Part shown: piece after piece, positions 26,322 to 34,960 of the stretch | Numbering within the stretch: the stretch's first letter is position 1 | Layout of the letters: the number at the start of each line of letters is the position of its first letter | Source: Verrucomicrobiota bacterium | GTDB taxonomy: Bacteria; Verrucomicrobiota; Verrucomicrobiia; JABWAM01 | Assembly (NCBI GenBank): GCA_013288215.1 | Contig: JABDCI010000005.1 | Span: forward strand, 2,962-66,961 | Direction of reading: 5' to 3' | DNA: 64,000 nt | The notes under the pieces: generated by a model | What the model was told of the DNA's origin: nothing | Databases searched by the model: none | Seen by the model: the letters and a program-made list of their open reading frames with translations, nothing else | Program-made: the position numbers and the translations under genes

Positions 26322-27503
26322 ATGAATTCCTTCCGTTCCCTTTCCTCGAGGTGGCGTGTCGGTTGGGAGGATTGCCTACGCGCGGGACGGTGGCTTTGCC
26401 GCGACCGATTGAGCCTGGTCACCGCGATTTGCCTTGTTTTGGCTTTCCTGGTGCAGTTTGTCGGCATCGCAGGCATCTTTTGGTCGCGCGTTTATTTCGG
26501 AGATCATTTCGATCCTAGCGTCTATCAAACGTTTGAAGAAAAAAGATCGGACGATTCTGTCAGCAAGGTTTTTCGTCAGAAGGAAGCCGAAGCCGCGCGC
26601 CGCGCCGCAGAGTCTCCCATGCAAGACTCGGTTTCTGAGACGGTGGATCGGGCGACCCAGGAGATGGACCAGACTCGCGCCCGCCGAAACGAGGTATCCA
26701 TTATCAAACGCGAGGCTGAAAAACGTGCGGATGCGTTTCTTCGCCAGGCACAGGGATCGATGGATCACGATCTTTCAGAGACCGCCATGGAGCAGATTCA
26801 GAGCGCATTGCGTCTGGTCCCGGACTATCTGCCTGCGATCCGCAAGCTCGCGGATTATTACGAAGCAAGGCATGATTATGCGCAGGCCAGATTTCAGTGG
26901 GAACGCGCTGCTGTTATTGCCCAACCGCAGACACCGGAAATGGAGGAGATCCAGCGCGATCTGGACCGGCTGACAGCGCTTTCTGCCGAAGTGAAGGGCG
27001 AATCGCACCCGGCATCCAATTTTCACGTGGAAGCGCCTGCAGCTCCGCCGAATCCCGGCCGAATTGGAACGAACGAACTTTCCGTCAAAGCGGCTACCCG
27101 GACTGATCTTCCATTGCAGGACCTGTACGACCTTTGCTTTAATTTGCGTCTTTCGCTTGCTTCACGGGGCGAGGAAGCTTCCATGGATTATAACGATACT
27201 CGTGTGGAGATCGTTTTCTATGACCAGTCGCGCACGGCAGGTGGGATGTTAATTCCGCTCAAAGTGCTGAGCACCATTGTGAAGCCGAAGCAAAACTGGA
27301 CGACGGGAACCGAGCAGGTGTTGTCTGTGAAATATTCCGTGCCCAAAGGTTATTTTCGTAAGAAAGAGCAGAGTTTTGGGAATGCCTATTCTTTTTGCGG
27401 ATATATCGTGAATGCCTATTACCGAGGCAAGCTTTTGGACGCTTATGCTTATCCTTCGGAAGTGCTCTCAAGGTATGCGCCTAAGCCAGGAGGAACGTCG
27501 TGA
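26322..27503 (+). CDS. Membrane-anchored protein of unknown function (TM, coiled-coil/TPR-like region, C-terminal beta-rich domain)
   Basis: It has a single TM, LVTAICLVLAFLVQFVGIAGIFW. A charged helical region contains a TPR-like segment, ALRLVPDYLPAIRKLADYYEARHDYAQARFQWERA. It starts 20 nt after pilT and ends in a GTGA overlap with the next gene. Confidence 0.7.
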   Translation: MNSFRSLSSRWRVGWEDCLRAGRWLCRDRLSLVTAICLVLAFLVQFVGIAGIFWSRVYFGDHFDPSVYQTFEEKRSDDSVSKVFRQKEAEAARRAAESPMQDSVSETVDRATQEMDQTRARRNEVSIIKREAEKRADAFLRQAQGSMDHDLSETAMEQIQSALRLVPDYLPAIRKLADYYEARHDYAQARFQWERAAVIAQPQTPEMEEIQRDLDRLTALSAEVKGESHPASNFHVEAPAAPPNPGRIGTNELSVKAATRTDLPLQDLYDLCFNLRLSLASRGEEASMDYNDTRVEIVFYDQSRTAGGMLIPLKVLSTIVKPKQNWTTGTEQVLSVKYSVPKGYFRKKEQSFGNAYSFCGYIVNAYYRGKLLDAYAYPSEVLSRYAPKPGGTS

Positions 27504-29800
27504 AAGTTCTTCTGCTGGACAACGATCCCGCGGCAGCCGTGGATGTCCCGGCGGCATTTCATGGGAGTGCGTTTGACGTGGTTCTCGCTGCCACCCAGGC
27601 AGACGCCCAGTTTTCACTTGAACGAGAGTTTTTTGAAATCCTGATCGTTCACGTCGACGATCAGGATCATTCGCTTGTGCCGTTTGGTCTTCGGATGATT
27701 GCAAAATATCCGCATCTAAAACTCGGTTTTCTCACCGAACATCCTTCGTTGATCGGTTCCGAGGCAGCGCAAAAGGCCCAACTAGGCGTGCTTGAAAAAC
27801 CGCTTTCGCCATCAAAATTGACGCTGATCATCGACACGGCGCATCTCCACTCGCGCCATTACAGCAGTCTCAACGACGTGCGGCAAAAAATGGCCGCGGG
27901 CGGGTTCGGCACGTTCAGTCTCGTCGACGTGATTCAGATGTGTTGTATCAGCCAAAAGACAGGATTGCTTATCGTGCGGTCCAGTGGGCGCGAAGGCGAC
28001 ATGTACGTCCAGAGCGGCGCGATCGTGCATGCAGAGGCGCCTGGCCTTGAGGGCGAAGAGGCTGTCTATGAAATGCTTTCATGGGAGGATGCGCAGTCTT
28101 CGCTGAATGAGAGCGTGCAAGCTCCGAAGATGACAATCCAAGTGGGATGGGAGCACCTCCTGATGGAGGGTGTGCGCCGCAAAGACGAGATGCTTGAGAG
28201 GCAAGATCTCCGCTCCGATGCGGGCGCAGAGCAACTTCTTGGGAAAATGGTGGGTCCCTTCCGCGTCGATCGAAAAATCGCATCCGATTACTGGGGGACG
28301 CTTTACGAAGCGTATCAAGTGGCGGTCAATCGTCCTGTGGCTCTGAAGGTCTTGAATCCCGCTTTTTATGGCGATGGCGACAAGGCACAGCAGTTCATTT
28401 TCTTCGCGAGCGCCATGGCGCGAGCGCAAAATCCGTACATTGTGACCGTCTACGAGGCAGGCCAGGCCAATGGGCTCATCTTTTACGCGCGGGAGCAGGT
28501 GGACGGAGCGGGCCTGAAGGATCGCATTCGCCGGGGTGAGGTAATCTCCGAGGAACTGGCTTTGCGCGTGATTACCAATGTGGGCGAAGCGCTGAAATAT
28601 GAGAAGGACCACAATATTCTGCACCTGCCGCTCCTGATTGATCAAATTTTGATTCCCGACACGGGGGTTCCGAAGCTTTTCAACAATGTCACCATAGAAG
28701 GTGGCGATGTGAGTCCGGGCGAGGTGGATGAGATTCATCGGTTGACGGCCATTATTCGCCAAGCGCTTCCTGCCGAACAAATGACGCCAGGTTTTCGAAA
28801 CTTCGTGGAGCGCATGGAGGGACAAGGGTTTTCGGAATGGTCGAATGTGCTTTTGGAAGCACGCGAAATGGAACTGCATCTGCGTGCGGATCGCGTCGAT
28901 GTCAGCATGAGTTCGGTGCCAGCGGCGGAACCCGAGCCACCTCCTCCCAAAAACGCGAAATGGTGGATTTTCGGCGGAATTTTTCTCGCGCTGCTGTTCG
29001 TAGGTTCGTGGGGTTATTGGTATTGGATCAATTCTTCTCCTGGCGCACAAGATTTGGAATCGATGGTTGAGGTTCCCTCGGGACCTTTTATTTACCAGAC
29101 AGATAAAATGGGATTGCCGACCTACTACATCGACAAATACGAAGTGACGATCGGCCAGTACGGAAAGTTTCTCCAAGCGTGGCAGCACAATCACGCCATC
29201 ATCCAGGAGCATCCGAAACAACGTCCCGGCAAGGACCATACACCTGGACAATGGGACCTCATCCTTTCCGCCATCGAGAAAAAGACACTGCTCAATGGCG
29301 TCAGGATTTATGAAAACACACCTGTTTTCAACGTGGATTACTTCGACGCGTGGGCTTATGCCAAATGGGCGGGCAAGCGCTTGCCCACCGAATATGAGTG
29401 GGAAAAGGCGGCGCGGGGAAAGGATGGATTTCTCTACCCATGGGGCAATGCTTTCGATCCCAAAAAGGCGAATACAGGTGCGGATTTGAGCTACAGTGCG
29501 TCGGATCCCACGTTTGGAAAAATTGACGGCTATGGAATCTGGGCGCCGGTGGGAGCGATTCCGGAGGATAAAAGTCCGTTCGGAGCGATGGATATGGCGG
29601 GCAATGTCAGTGAATGGACAGATTCCTGGGATGCCAATCCTGATTTTCCAACGGAGCAAGTGCCCGTGGTGCGCGGCGGTTCATGGGCGGTTACCGATGT
29701 GCGGCTGACTCTGCGCGATTTGCGCCAGGCTCCTTTGAAGCGCAGTCGCCAAATTGGATTCCGTTGTGCGTCCGATCTGCCGCCGGCTCGCGATCATTAG
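27500..29800 (+). CDS. Multidomain signalling protein: REC-like, DUF4388-like, degenerate Ser/Thr kinase (pseudokinase), TM, and FGE-sulfatase (SUMF1-like) domain
   Basis: The GTG start has an AGGAGG Shine-Dalgarno sequence. REC-like: MKVLLLDNDP...VLEKPLS. DUF4388-like: FSLVDVIQMCCISQKTGLLIVRS...GAIVHAE...GEEAVYEMLSW. Kinase-like: VALKVL is present, but HRD is replaced by HLPLLIDQ and DFG by LFN. The TM is WWIFGGIFLALLFVGSWGYWYWI. FGE domain: YYIDKYEVT, RLPTEYEWEKAARG, GNVSEW and VVRGGSW. Confidence 0.8.
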   Translation: MKVLLLDNDPAAAVDVPAAFHGSAFDVVLAATQADAQFSLEREFFEILIVHVDDQDHSLVPFGLRMIAKYPHLKLGFLTEHPSLIGSEAAQKAQLGVLEKPLSPSKLTLIIDTAHLHSRHYSSLNDVRQKMAAGGFGTFSLVDVIQMCCISQKTGLLIVRSSGREGDMYVQSGAIVHAEAPGLEGEEAVYEMLSWEDAQSSLNESVQAPKMTIQVGWEHLLMEGVRRKDEMLERQDLRSDAGAEQLLGKMVGPFRVDRKIASDYWGTLYEAYQVAVNRPVALKVLNPAFYGDGDKAQQFIFFASAMARAQNPYIVTVYEAGQANGLIFYAREQVDGAGLKDRIRRGEVISEELALRVITNVGEALKYEKDHNILHLPLLIDQILIPDTGVPKLFNNVTIEGGDVSPGEVDEIHRLTAIIRQALPAEQMTPGFRNFVERMEGQGFSEWSNVLLEAREMELHLRADRVDVSMSSVPAAEPEPPPPKNAKWWIFGGIFLALLFVGSWGYWYWINSSPGAQDLESMVEVPSGPFIYQTDKMGLPTYYIDKYEVTIGQYGKFLQAWQHNHAIIQEHPKQRPGKDHTPGQWDLILSAIEKKTLLNGVRIYENTPVFNVDYFDAWAYAKWAGKRLPTEYEWEKAARGKDGFLYPWGNAFDPKKANTGADLSYSASDPTFGKIDGYGIWAPVGAIPEDKSPFGAMDMAGNVSEWTDSWDANPDFPTEQVPVVRGGSWAVTDVRLTLRDLRQAPLKRSRQIGFRCASDLPPARDH

Positions 29801-29905
29801 TCTGAAGTTGTTGCGGCAGAGGAGTTTGTTTGCATTTTGGTTTGTTTGCACTATTTTACTCAAAAAGACGGTGGAAGGACCGATCTCTTCCTTAAGTCGC
29901 TCATC

Positions 29906-30748
29906 ATGGCTAAGCCCAAGCGTTCCAGCGCCGAGTACGAGCAACTGCTCCAGACGGTGCAGATGTTCGAAGTTATTGCCGAGACTCAGCCCAACGACAT
30001 TCAGTCGCTGGAAATCCTAAAAGAAGCGTATTTGAATCTCGATCGCGACGGCGATGCGGTCGTGGTGGCAAAAAAAATCGCGCAGGCTTACGTCAGTCTG
30101 GGACAATTGTCGTCCGCGATTCTCGAATATGAAGGCATTCTCCAGCGCGCGCCGGACGACCCCGACTGCCTTGCGGCACTGGGCGAACTCGAAGGCAAGA
30201 TGACGGGTCTATCCGTGGGGTCGGCTGAAATTGTGGCGGGGAAAGTTGCGGCGGAGCAAGCGCTCGCCGATGCCGAGCAGTTTGAAGACGGCAACGAAGC
30301 CCTTCTTAAATTTTTTCAGGAACAGCAGCTTGTCACGGAAAAGGATGCCAAGACCTTGCTGGCGGGAATTTCTGCGGCAGTTGCGCAGACATCGCCCGAA
30401 CGGCCTGCGCCGTCTCTCATCGCACTTATCAGTGAGCGGGGAATTGCTTCCGAGGAGAAGTGTCTTGGGTTGATCGCGGAGAAAACGCGCATTCCATTCC
30501 TTCCTCTGGGCAGCTACGAGATTGAGAGTGGGCGCGCGCAGTCGCTGGCGAAGGAGTTCAAACTCAAGCATCTCGTGCTTCCTTTTGACCAAATCAGCAA
30601 AACCCTGCTTGTGGCGACCGTGAATCCCTTCGATGCCTTGGCAAAACGGCGCGTGGAAAAAGAAGCTGAAGGGCGCGTGCAATGGTATGTCACTTCGCCG
30701 TTTGATATCACGAAGCAGCTTAAAGATCTTTATCACATTTTGACATGA
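29906..30748 (+). CDS. TPR-like plus T2SSE_N (GspE/MshE N-terminal)-domain protein without an ATPase domain
   Basis: From the ATG at 29906 it reads MAKPKRSSAEYEQLL. The TPR-like helices read LEILKEAYLNLDRDGDAVVVAKKIAQAYVSLGQLSSAILEYEGILQRAPDD. The C-terminus LGLIAEKTRIPFLPLGSYEIE...LKHLVLPFDQISKTLLVATVNPFD is typical of T2SSE_N. It ends in an ATGA overlap with pilB. Confidence 0.7.
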   Translation: MAKPKRSSAEYEQLLQTVQMFEVIAETQPNDIQSLEILKEAYLNLDRDGDAVVVAKKIAQAYVSLGQLSSAILEYEGILQRAPDDPDCLAALGELEGKMTGLSVGSAEIVAGKVAAEQALADAEQFEDGNEALLKFFQEQQLVTEKDAKTLLAGISAAVAQTSPERPAPSLIALISERGIASEEKCLGLIAEKTRIPFLPLGSYEIESGRAQSLAKEFKLKHLVLPFDQISKTLLVATVNPFDALAKRRVEKEAEGRVQWYVTSPFDITKQLKDLYHILT

Positions 30749-32448
30749 AATCCTTTGGTGAGCGCATTGCAGATGCTTTGATTGAGGACGGAGTCCTGCA
30801 AACAGAACAGTTGCAGGAAGTGATGGTGCAGCAAAAAAGTCAGGGAGGACGGCTTCTCAAGATCCTTCTGGATAAATCGTATGTGACAGAGCAGGACATG
30901 ATGGTAAGCATGGGCCGCACGCTGGGTACGCCACCCATTAATCTGAGCCGGTTGAAGGTGGTGAAGGAGGTTGCCGATCTCGTGCCCCGCGATGTTGCCA
31001 GGAATCACCATCTTCTTCCCTTCGCCAAGCTCAACAATACGCTTTACGTGGCAATGGCTGATCCGTTGAACGTGCTGGCACTCGATGACGTGCGTCAGAT
31101 CACGCATCTGGAGGTGTTTCCGATGATCACCACGGAACGCATGGTGCTCGACGCGATCGCGAACATCGACGCCCAGGCGAGCCAGGGAATGGAGGAGATC
31201 ATTAAGGACGAGTCCGTTGACATTGAAGTTTCCGACACCCCTGCGGAGGAGGAGGCCGATGTGACGTCAACGGATTCTTCCGCCGCGCCCGTTGTCAAAA
31301 TTGCCAACCTCATGTTCGCCACGGCGGTGAAGGACAAGGCGAGCGACATCCATCTTGAGTGTTACGAGCGCAGCATGAAATTGCGCTACCGCATCGATGG
31401 TTCCCTTTACGATTATCCACCGCCTCCGAAAGGCATGCAGGCTGCGTTGATTTCGCGCCTCAAAATCATGGCCCATCTCGACATCTCCGAACGCCGTTTG
31501 CCGCAAGACGGTCGCGTGCGCATCAAGATGGCGGGGCGTGACATCGATTTTCGTATGTCGTTTCTTCCCACCAAATATGGGGAAAAGGTCGTCGGTCGTA
31601 TTCTCGACAAAACATCCATTAGCGGAAGCATCGCGGAAATCGGGATGGATCCAGACTCGATGAAGATTTTCAAGGATGCGCTCGATGAACCCCAGGGAAT
31701 GATTCTCGTGACGGGCCCCACCGGATCCGGAAAAACACGCACGCTTTATTCAGCTTTGGCCGAATTGAACAAACCCCAATACAATATTGTCACGGTCGAG
31801 GATCCGATCGAATATGAATTGCCGGGCATCAATCAGGTGCAGGTGAAATCGGACATCGGATTCACGTTTGCCGCTGCTCTGCGATCGATTTTACGCCAAG
31901 ATCCGGACATCGTGATGATTGGTGAAATGCGCGACCAGGAGACGGCGCATATCGGCGTCGAAGCAGCCCTGACCGGCCACCAGGTATTAAGCACGCTTCA
32001 TACCAATGACGCTGCCAGCGCTGTGACTCGTCTGACCGATATGGACATTGAGCCCTTTCTGACGACATCCAGCCTCTCGCTCGCCTGCGCTCAGCGGCTC
32101 CTGCGCCGCGTCTGCACCTCGTGCAAGGAAGCGGTGAAGGTTCCTGACAAATTATGGGAGCAGCTGCGCATCAATCCGAAGGAAGAGGCGGCGTTTACGT
32201 TCTATAAAGGGCGCGGTTGCGATCGCTGCAAAAACAAAGGCTACTCCGGACGGTGCGCCGTGATCGAGCTGATTCGCATCAACGACGACCTTCGCAAACT
32301 CATCCTCGAGCGCACGAGTGCCGCGGAAATCAAGACGCTTGCGCTCAAACAGGGGATGCGCACGTTACGCATCAATGGTATTCTTAAGGCGCGCGAAGGC
32401 ATTACCACCCTCGAAGAAGTTCTGGCAAATACGGCGAGCGATCTGTGA
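30745..32448 (+). CDS. pilB: Type IV pilus assembly ATPase PilB (GspE family)
   Basis: It has an N-terminal T2SSE_N domain, Walker A GPTGSGKTRT, VEDPIEY, Walker B QDPDIVMIGEMRD, GHQVLSTLHTND, and a tetracysteine motif CTSC...CDRC. Length is 567 aa. Confidence 0.92.
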   Translation: MKSFGERIADALIEDGVLQTEQLQEVMVQQKSQGGRLLKILLDKSYVTEQDMMVSMGRTLGTPPINLSRLKVVKEVADLVPRDVARNHHLLPFAKLNNTLYVAMADPLNVLALDDVRQITHLEVFPMITTERMVLDAIANIDAQASQGMEEIIKDESVDIEVSDTPAEEEADVTSTDSSAAPVVKIANLMFATAVKDKASDIHLECYERSMKLRYRIDGSLYDYPPPPKGMQAALISRLKIMAHLDISERRLPQDGRVRIKMAGRDIDFRMSFLPTKYGEKVVGRILDKTSISGSIAEIGMDPDSMKIFKDALDEPQGMILVTGPTGSGKTRTLYSALAELNKPQYNIVTVEDPIEYELPGINQVQVKSDIGFTFAAALRSILRQDPDIVMIGEMRDQETAHIGVEAALTGHQVLSTLHTNDAASAVTRLTDMDIEPFLTTSSLSLACAQRLLRRVCTSCKEAVKVPDKLWEQLRINPKEEAAFTFYKGRGCDRCKNKGYSGRCAVIELIRINDDLRKLILERTSAAEIKTLALKQGMRTLRINGILKAREGITTLEEVLANTASDL

Positions 32449-32516
32449 TTTGTCTTCGCCTGCTTAAGAATTTGATTCATTTTCAGCTTCTTCTTGGCTT
32501 TAAATAGCGCAGTTCA

Positions 32517-34298
32517 ATGGCCTTCCGGCTTCCATTTTTTAAGTCCAAAGCACCCGCCCAGCCCGCGGCGGGGGCTCCTGCACTGCCACCACCGGCGACG
32601 CCTCCGGCATCTGCATCCAGCCCCAGCGAATCGGTGGTTCGCTCTCCTGCACATACGCAACTAGCCCCATCCCTTGCGAGAAAGGTTCCACCGCGCCAGG
32701 GCAATCTGGCTGCCGCTCTCCAGGCTGCCTCTCAACTTCATCCGGCCGGAACTCAATCCGCTGTTTTCAAACCGAAGGTGAGCGTCGTCGTGAAGGCCCC
32801 ACCCGCTTCGGAGATCCCATCCATTTCGCGTGTGCCGGAACCTGTGATGGAGCAATCCGCCCCGCCGCCTGTCGAAATTCCTTCGACGGTGGATATTCCG
32901 ACATCGGAGATCCTTCCTCTGCTTCCTGAAAACGTGTTGAAACTCGGCTATACCGGAGGATTTCCATCGACTGTTTCGTTGTCTGTCACGGACATTCTAC
33001 CGCAATTGGCGAAGGGACGCGTGCTCTTTTCAATGAGTACGCTCCTGGCTTCGTTTCCGCCGGATTCCATTGAGGCGTCCGTCGTGGAAAGCGGCGACAT
33101 CCAGATCAAGATGCCTCTTCATCAAATCGTTCCCCGTCTTCCTGAGAGTGTGATGCAGCTTCCCACGGGGCAGGTAAAACAGCAAATCGACTCCACGATT
33201 GAGGTTCCATTTTCCGAAAAAGGAAACAAACCCGCGGTTCCGGCGCCCAAAGAAGCCTGGTCTGGACCTAAGCAACCCGAGCCTCCAGCTCTGCCTCCAA
33301 GGCCAATGGCACCCCCGCTTTCCCCTGCAAATTCCCCTTCAGAATCGAAGAGTCCGCTGCTCAAGGACAAACTTGCCGCCGCGACAGCGCTTACTCCGCT
33401 GACATCGCTTTCGCCCTCTGAGGCGACCAGCGCCCTAACCACCTCGATCAAGCTGCCGCTGAAGCCCACCGCTTCCGCGAAGATCCCGCTTCCTGGAATT
33501 CCAAGTCCGGCGCCTCTTCCATCGCCCTCGAAGTCATCGCCCACGATTCGCAAGCCGGATCCCGAGGATCCCATGATGGCTGCGACCATCAAATTTCAGC
33601 CGCCTTCGAATCTCAGAGAGCTGCCTTCGATCAAATTGCCGCATCCCATTGTGTCTCATGCTGAGACGCCTTCGTCGGCTCCTGCACCGATCATCTCTCC
33701 GTCGACGACCACGGGCGATGCCGGATTGTTTGGCACGAATGCCATTCCTCCGGCAGCTCTTCCCATGCTTCCTCGTCCCATCATCAAGTCTGCATCTGCG
33801 ATCATTCCCGTGCCGGACAAGCCCGTCCCACTTCCCCCGGTCGAGAACAAGTTGGTTACGCCCTCAAAACCAGTCGAATCCGTCTCCCAAGGATTGCGTT
33901 CTTTACTCGACATCCCGCAGCAGGACCCCATCCGCTTGCAGGACGTGGCGGCGAAGATTCGAACGCGCCTTAATTCGTTGGGGGTGTTAGTGGCTACCGA
34001 GGATGGTTTGCCGCTTGTCTCGGCAATGCCGGCCGGCGCCGATCTCAACGGCTGGAGCAGCATTGGCACCCACGTATTCCGCAAGTTGGAGCAAGTGAGC
34101 CATAAGCTCTCCTTCGGCACCCCCCAGCGTTGCCTGTTGAGTATCGACGATTGCTGGATTACTGTTTGGCATGACCATGGGGTCTACATGGTTGTGCGCC
34201 ACGGACTCGAACAGATCTCTCCGGAATTTGAAATGCAGATCTCCGAATTAGGAAAGGCAATTGCCGAACATTGCCGCACGCAGCACGCTGCCTCTTAG
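32517..34298 (+). CDS. Proline-rich protein with a C-terminal Roadblock/LC7 (MglB/MglC-like) domain
   Basis: About 480 aa are Pro/Ser/Ala-rich and low in complexity, with three copies of an ILPxLPExV-like motif. The C-terminal ~110 aa (LNSLGVLVATEDGLPLVSAMPAG...CLLSIDDCWITVWHDHGVYMVVRH) fit the Roadblock/LC7 pattern. The stop lies 3 nt before mglA. Confidence 0.7.
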   Translation: MAFRLPFFKSKAPAQPAAGAPALPPPATPPASASSPSESVVRSPAHTQLAPSLARKVPPRQGNLAAALQAASQLHPAGTQSAVFKPKVSVVVKAPPASEIPSISRVPEPVMEQSAPPPVEIPSTVDIPTSEILPLLPENVLKLGYTGGFPSTVSLSVTDILPQLAKGRVLFSMSTLLASFPPDSIEASVVESGDIQIKMPLHQIVPRLPESVMQLPTGQVKQQIDSTIEVPFSEKGNKPAVPAPKEAWSGPKQPEPPALPPRPMAPPLSPANSPSESKSPLLKDKLAAATALTPLTSLSPSEATSALTTSIKLPLKPTASAKIPLPGIPSPAPLPSPSKSSPTIRKPDPEDPMMAATIKFQPPSNLRELPSIKLPHPIVSHAETPSSAPAPIISPSTTTGDAGLFGTNAIPPAALPMLPRPIIKSASAIIPVPDKPVPLPPVENKLVTPSKPVESVSQGLRSLLDIPQQDPIRLQDVAAKIRTRLNSLGVLVATEDGLPLVSAMPAGADLNGWSSIGTHVFRKLEQVSHKLSFGTPQRCLLSIDDCWITVWHDHGVYMVVRHGLEQISPEFEMQISELGKAIAEHCRTQHAAS

Positions 34299-34301
34299 AT
34301 C

Positions 34302-34946
34302 ATGTCGATCATTAATTACGCCAACAAAGAGATCCAGTTTAAGATCGTCTACTACGGCCCCGCACTTTGCGGAAAAACCACCAATCTGTCCTACATCCAT
34401 TCCCAGGTCGCGCCTGAAAACAAAGGAGATCTCGTCTCCCTTGCCACAGCCGCCGACCGCACGCTTTTCTTCGATTTCCTTCCGCTCAATGCCGTTGTGA
34501 TCAAAGGCTTCAAGACCAAGTTCCAACTTTATACGGTGCCGGGCCAAGTCATCTACAACATCACGCGCCAACTTGTGCTGCGCAGTGTCGATGGCATTGT
34601 CTTCGTTGCCGATTCGCAGTGGGAAAAAATGGAGGAAAACATCGAGAGCTTCAAAAACCTCGAAGAAAATCTCACCAAACAGAATCTGAGCCTCGACACC
34701 GTTCCCTACGTGCTTCAATACAACAAGAGAGATATGCCGCATGTCGCGCCGATCAATTATATGGAGTATGTTCTCAACAACCGAAAGGTGAGGGTGCAGT
34801 CGTTCGAATCCGTGGCGAGCACCGGACAGAACGTGTTTTCGACGCTGAACGCCATCTCACGGCTTTTACTCTATAAGTTCACCAAAGAAAGCGACCTTGC
34901 CAACAAACGGTCCAAGACCACCGTGTTGATGTCGACAGTTCGGTAA
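34302..34946 (+). CDS. mglA: MglA-type Ras-like small GTPase
   Basis: [29 protein letters not shown]...[10 protein letters not shown]...YTVPGQV...VFVADSQ...QYNKRD closely parallels Myxococcus MglA as recalled from memory ([29 protein letters not shown]...). Confidence 0.9.
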   Translation: [214 protein letters not shown]

Positions 34947-34960
34947 CCTGGAAACCAATT

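Noticed and set aside
28079-29659. 526-aa minus-strand ORF
   Set aside because: It is antisense to the pseudokinase/FGE gene. Its Arg-rich, low-complexity translation is typical of a shadow frame in GC-rich DNA.
29839-29851. Possible sigma-54 promoter (TGGTTTGTTTGCA) upstream of ORF 29906
   Set aside because: The GG-to-GC spacing is about three nucleotides too short for the TGGCAC-N5-TTGC consensus. I kept it only as a direct-repeat observation.
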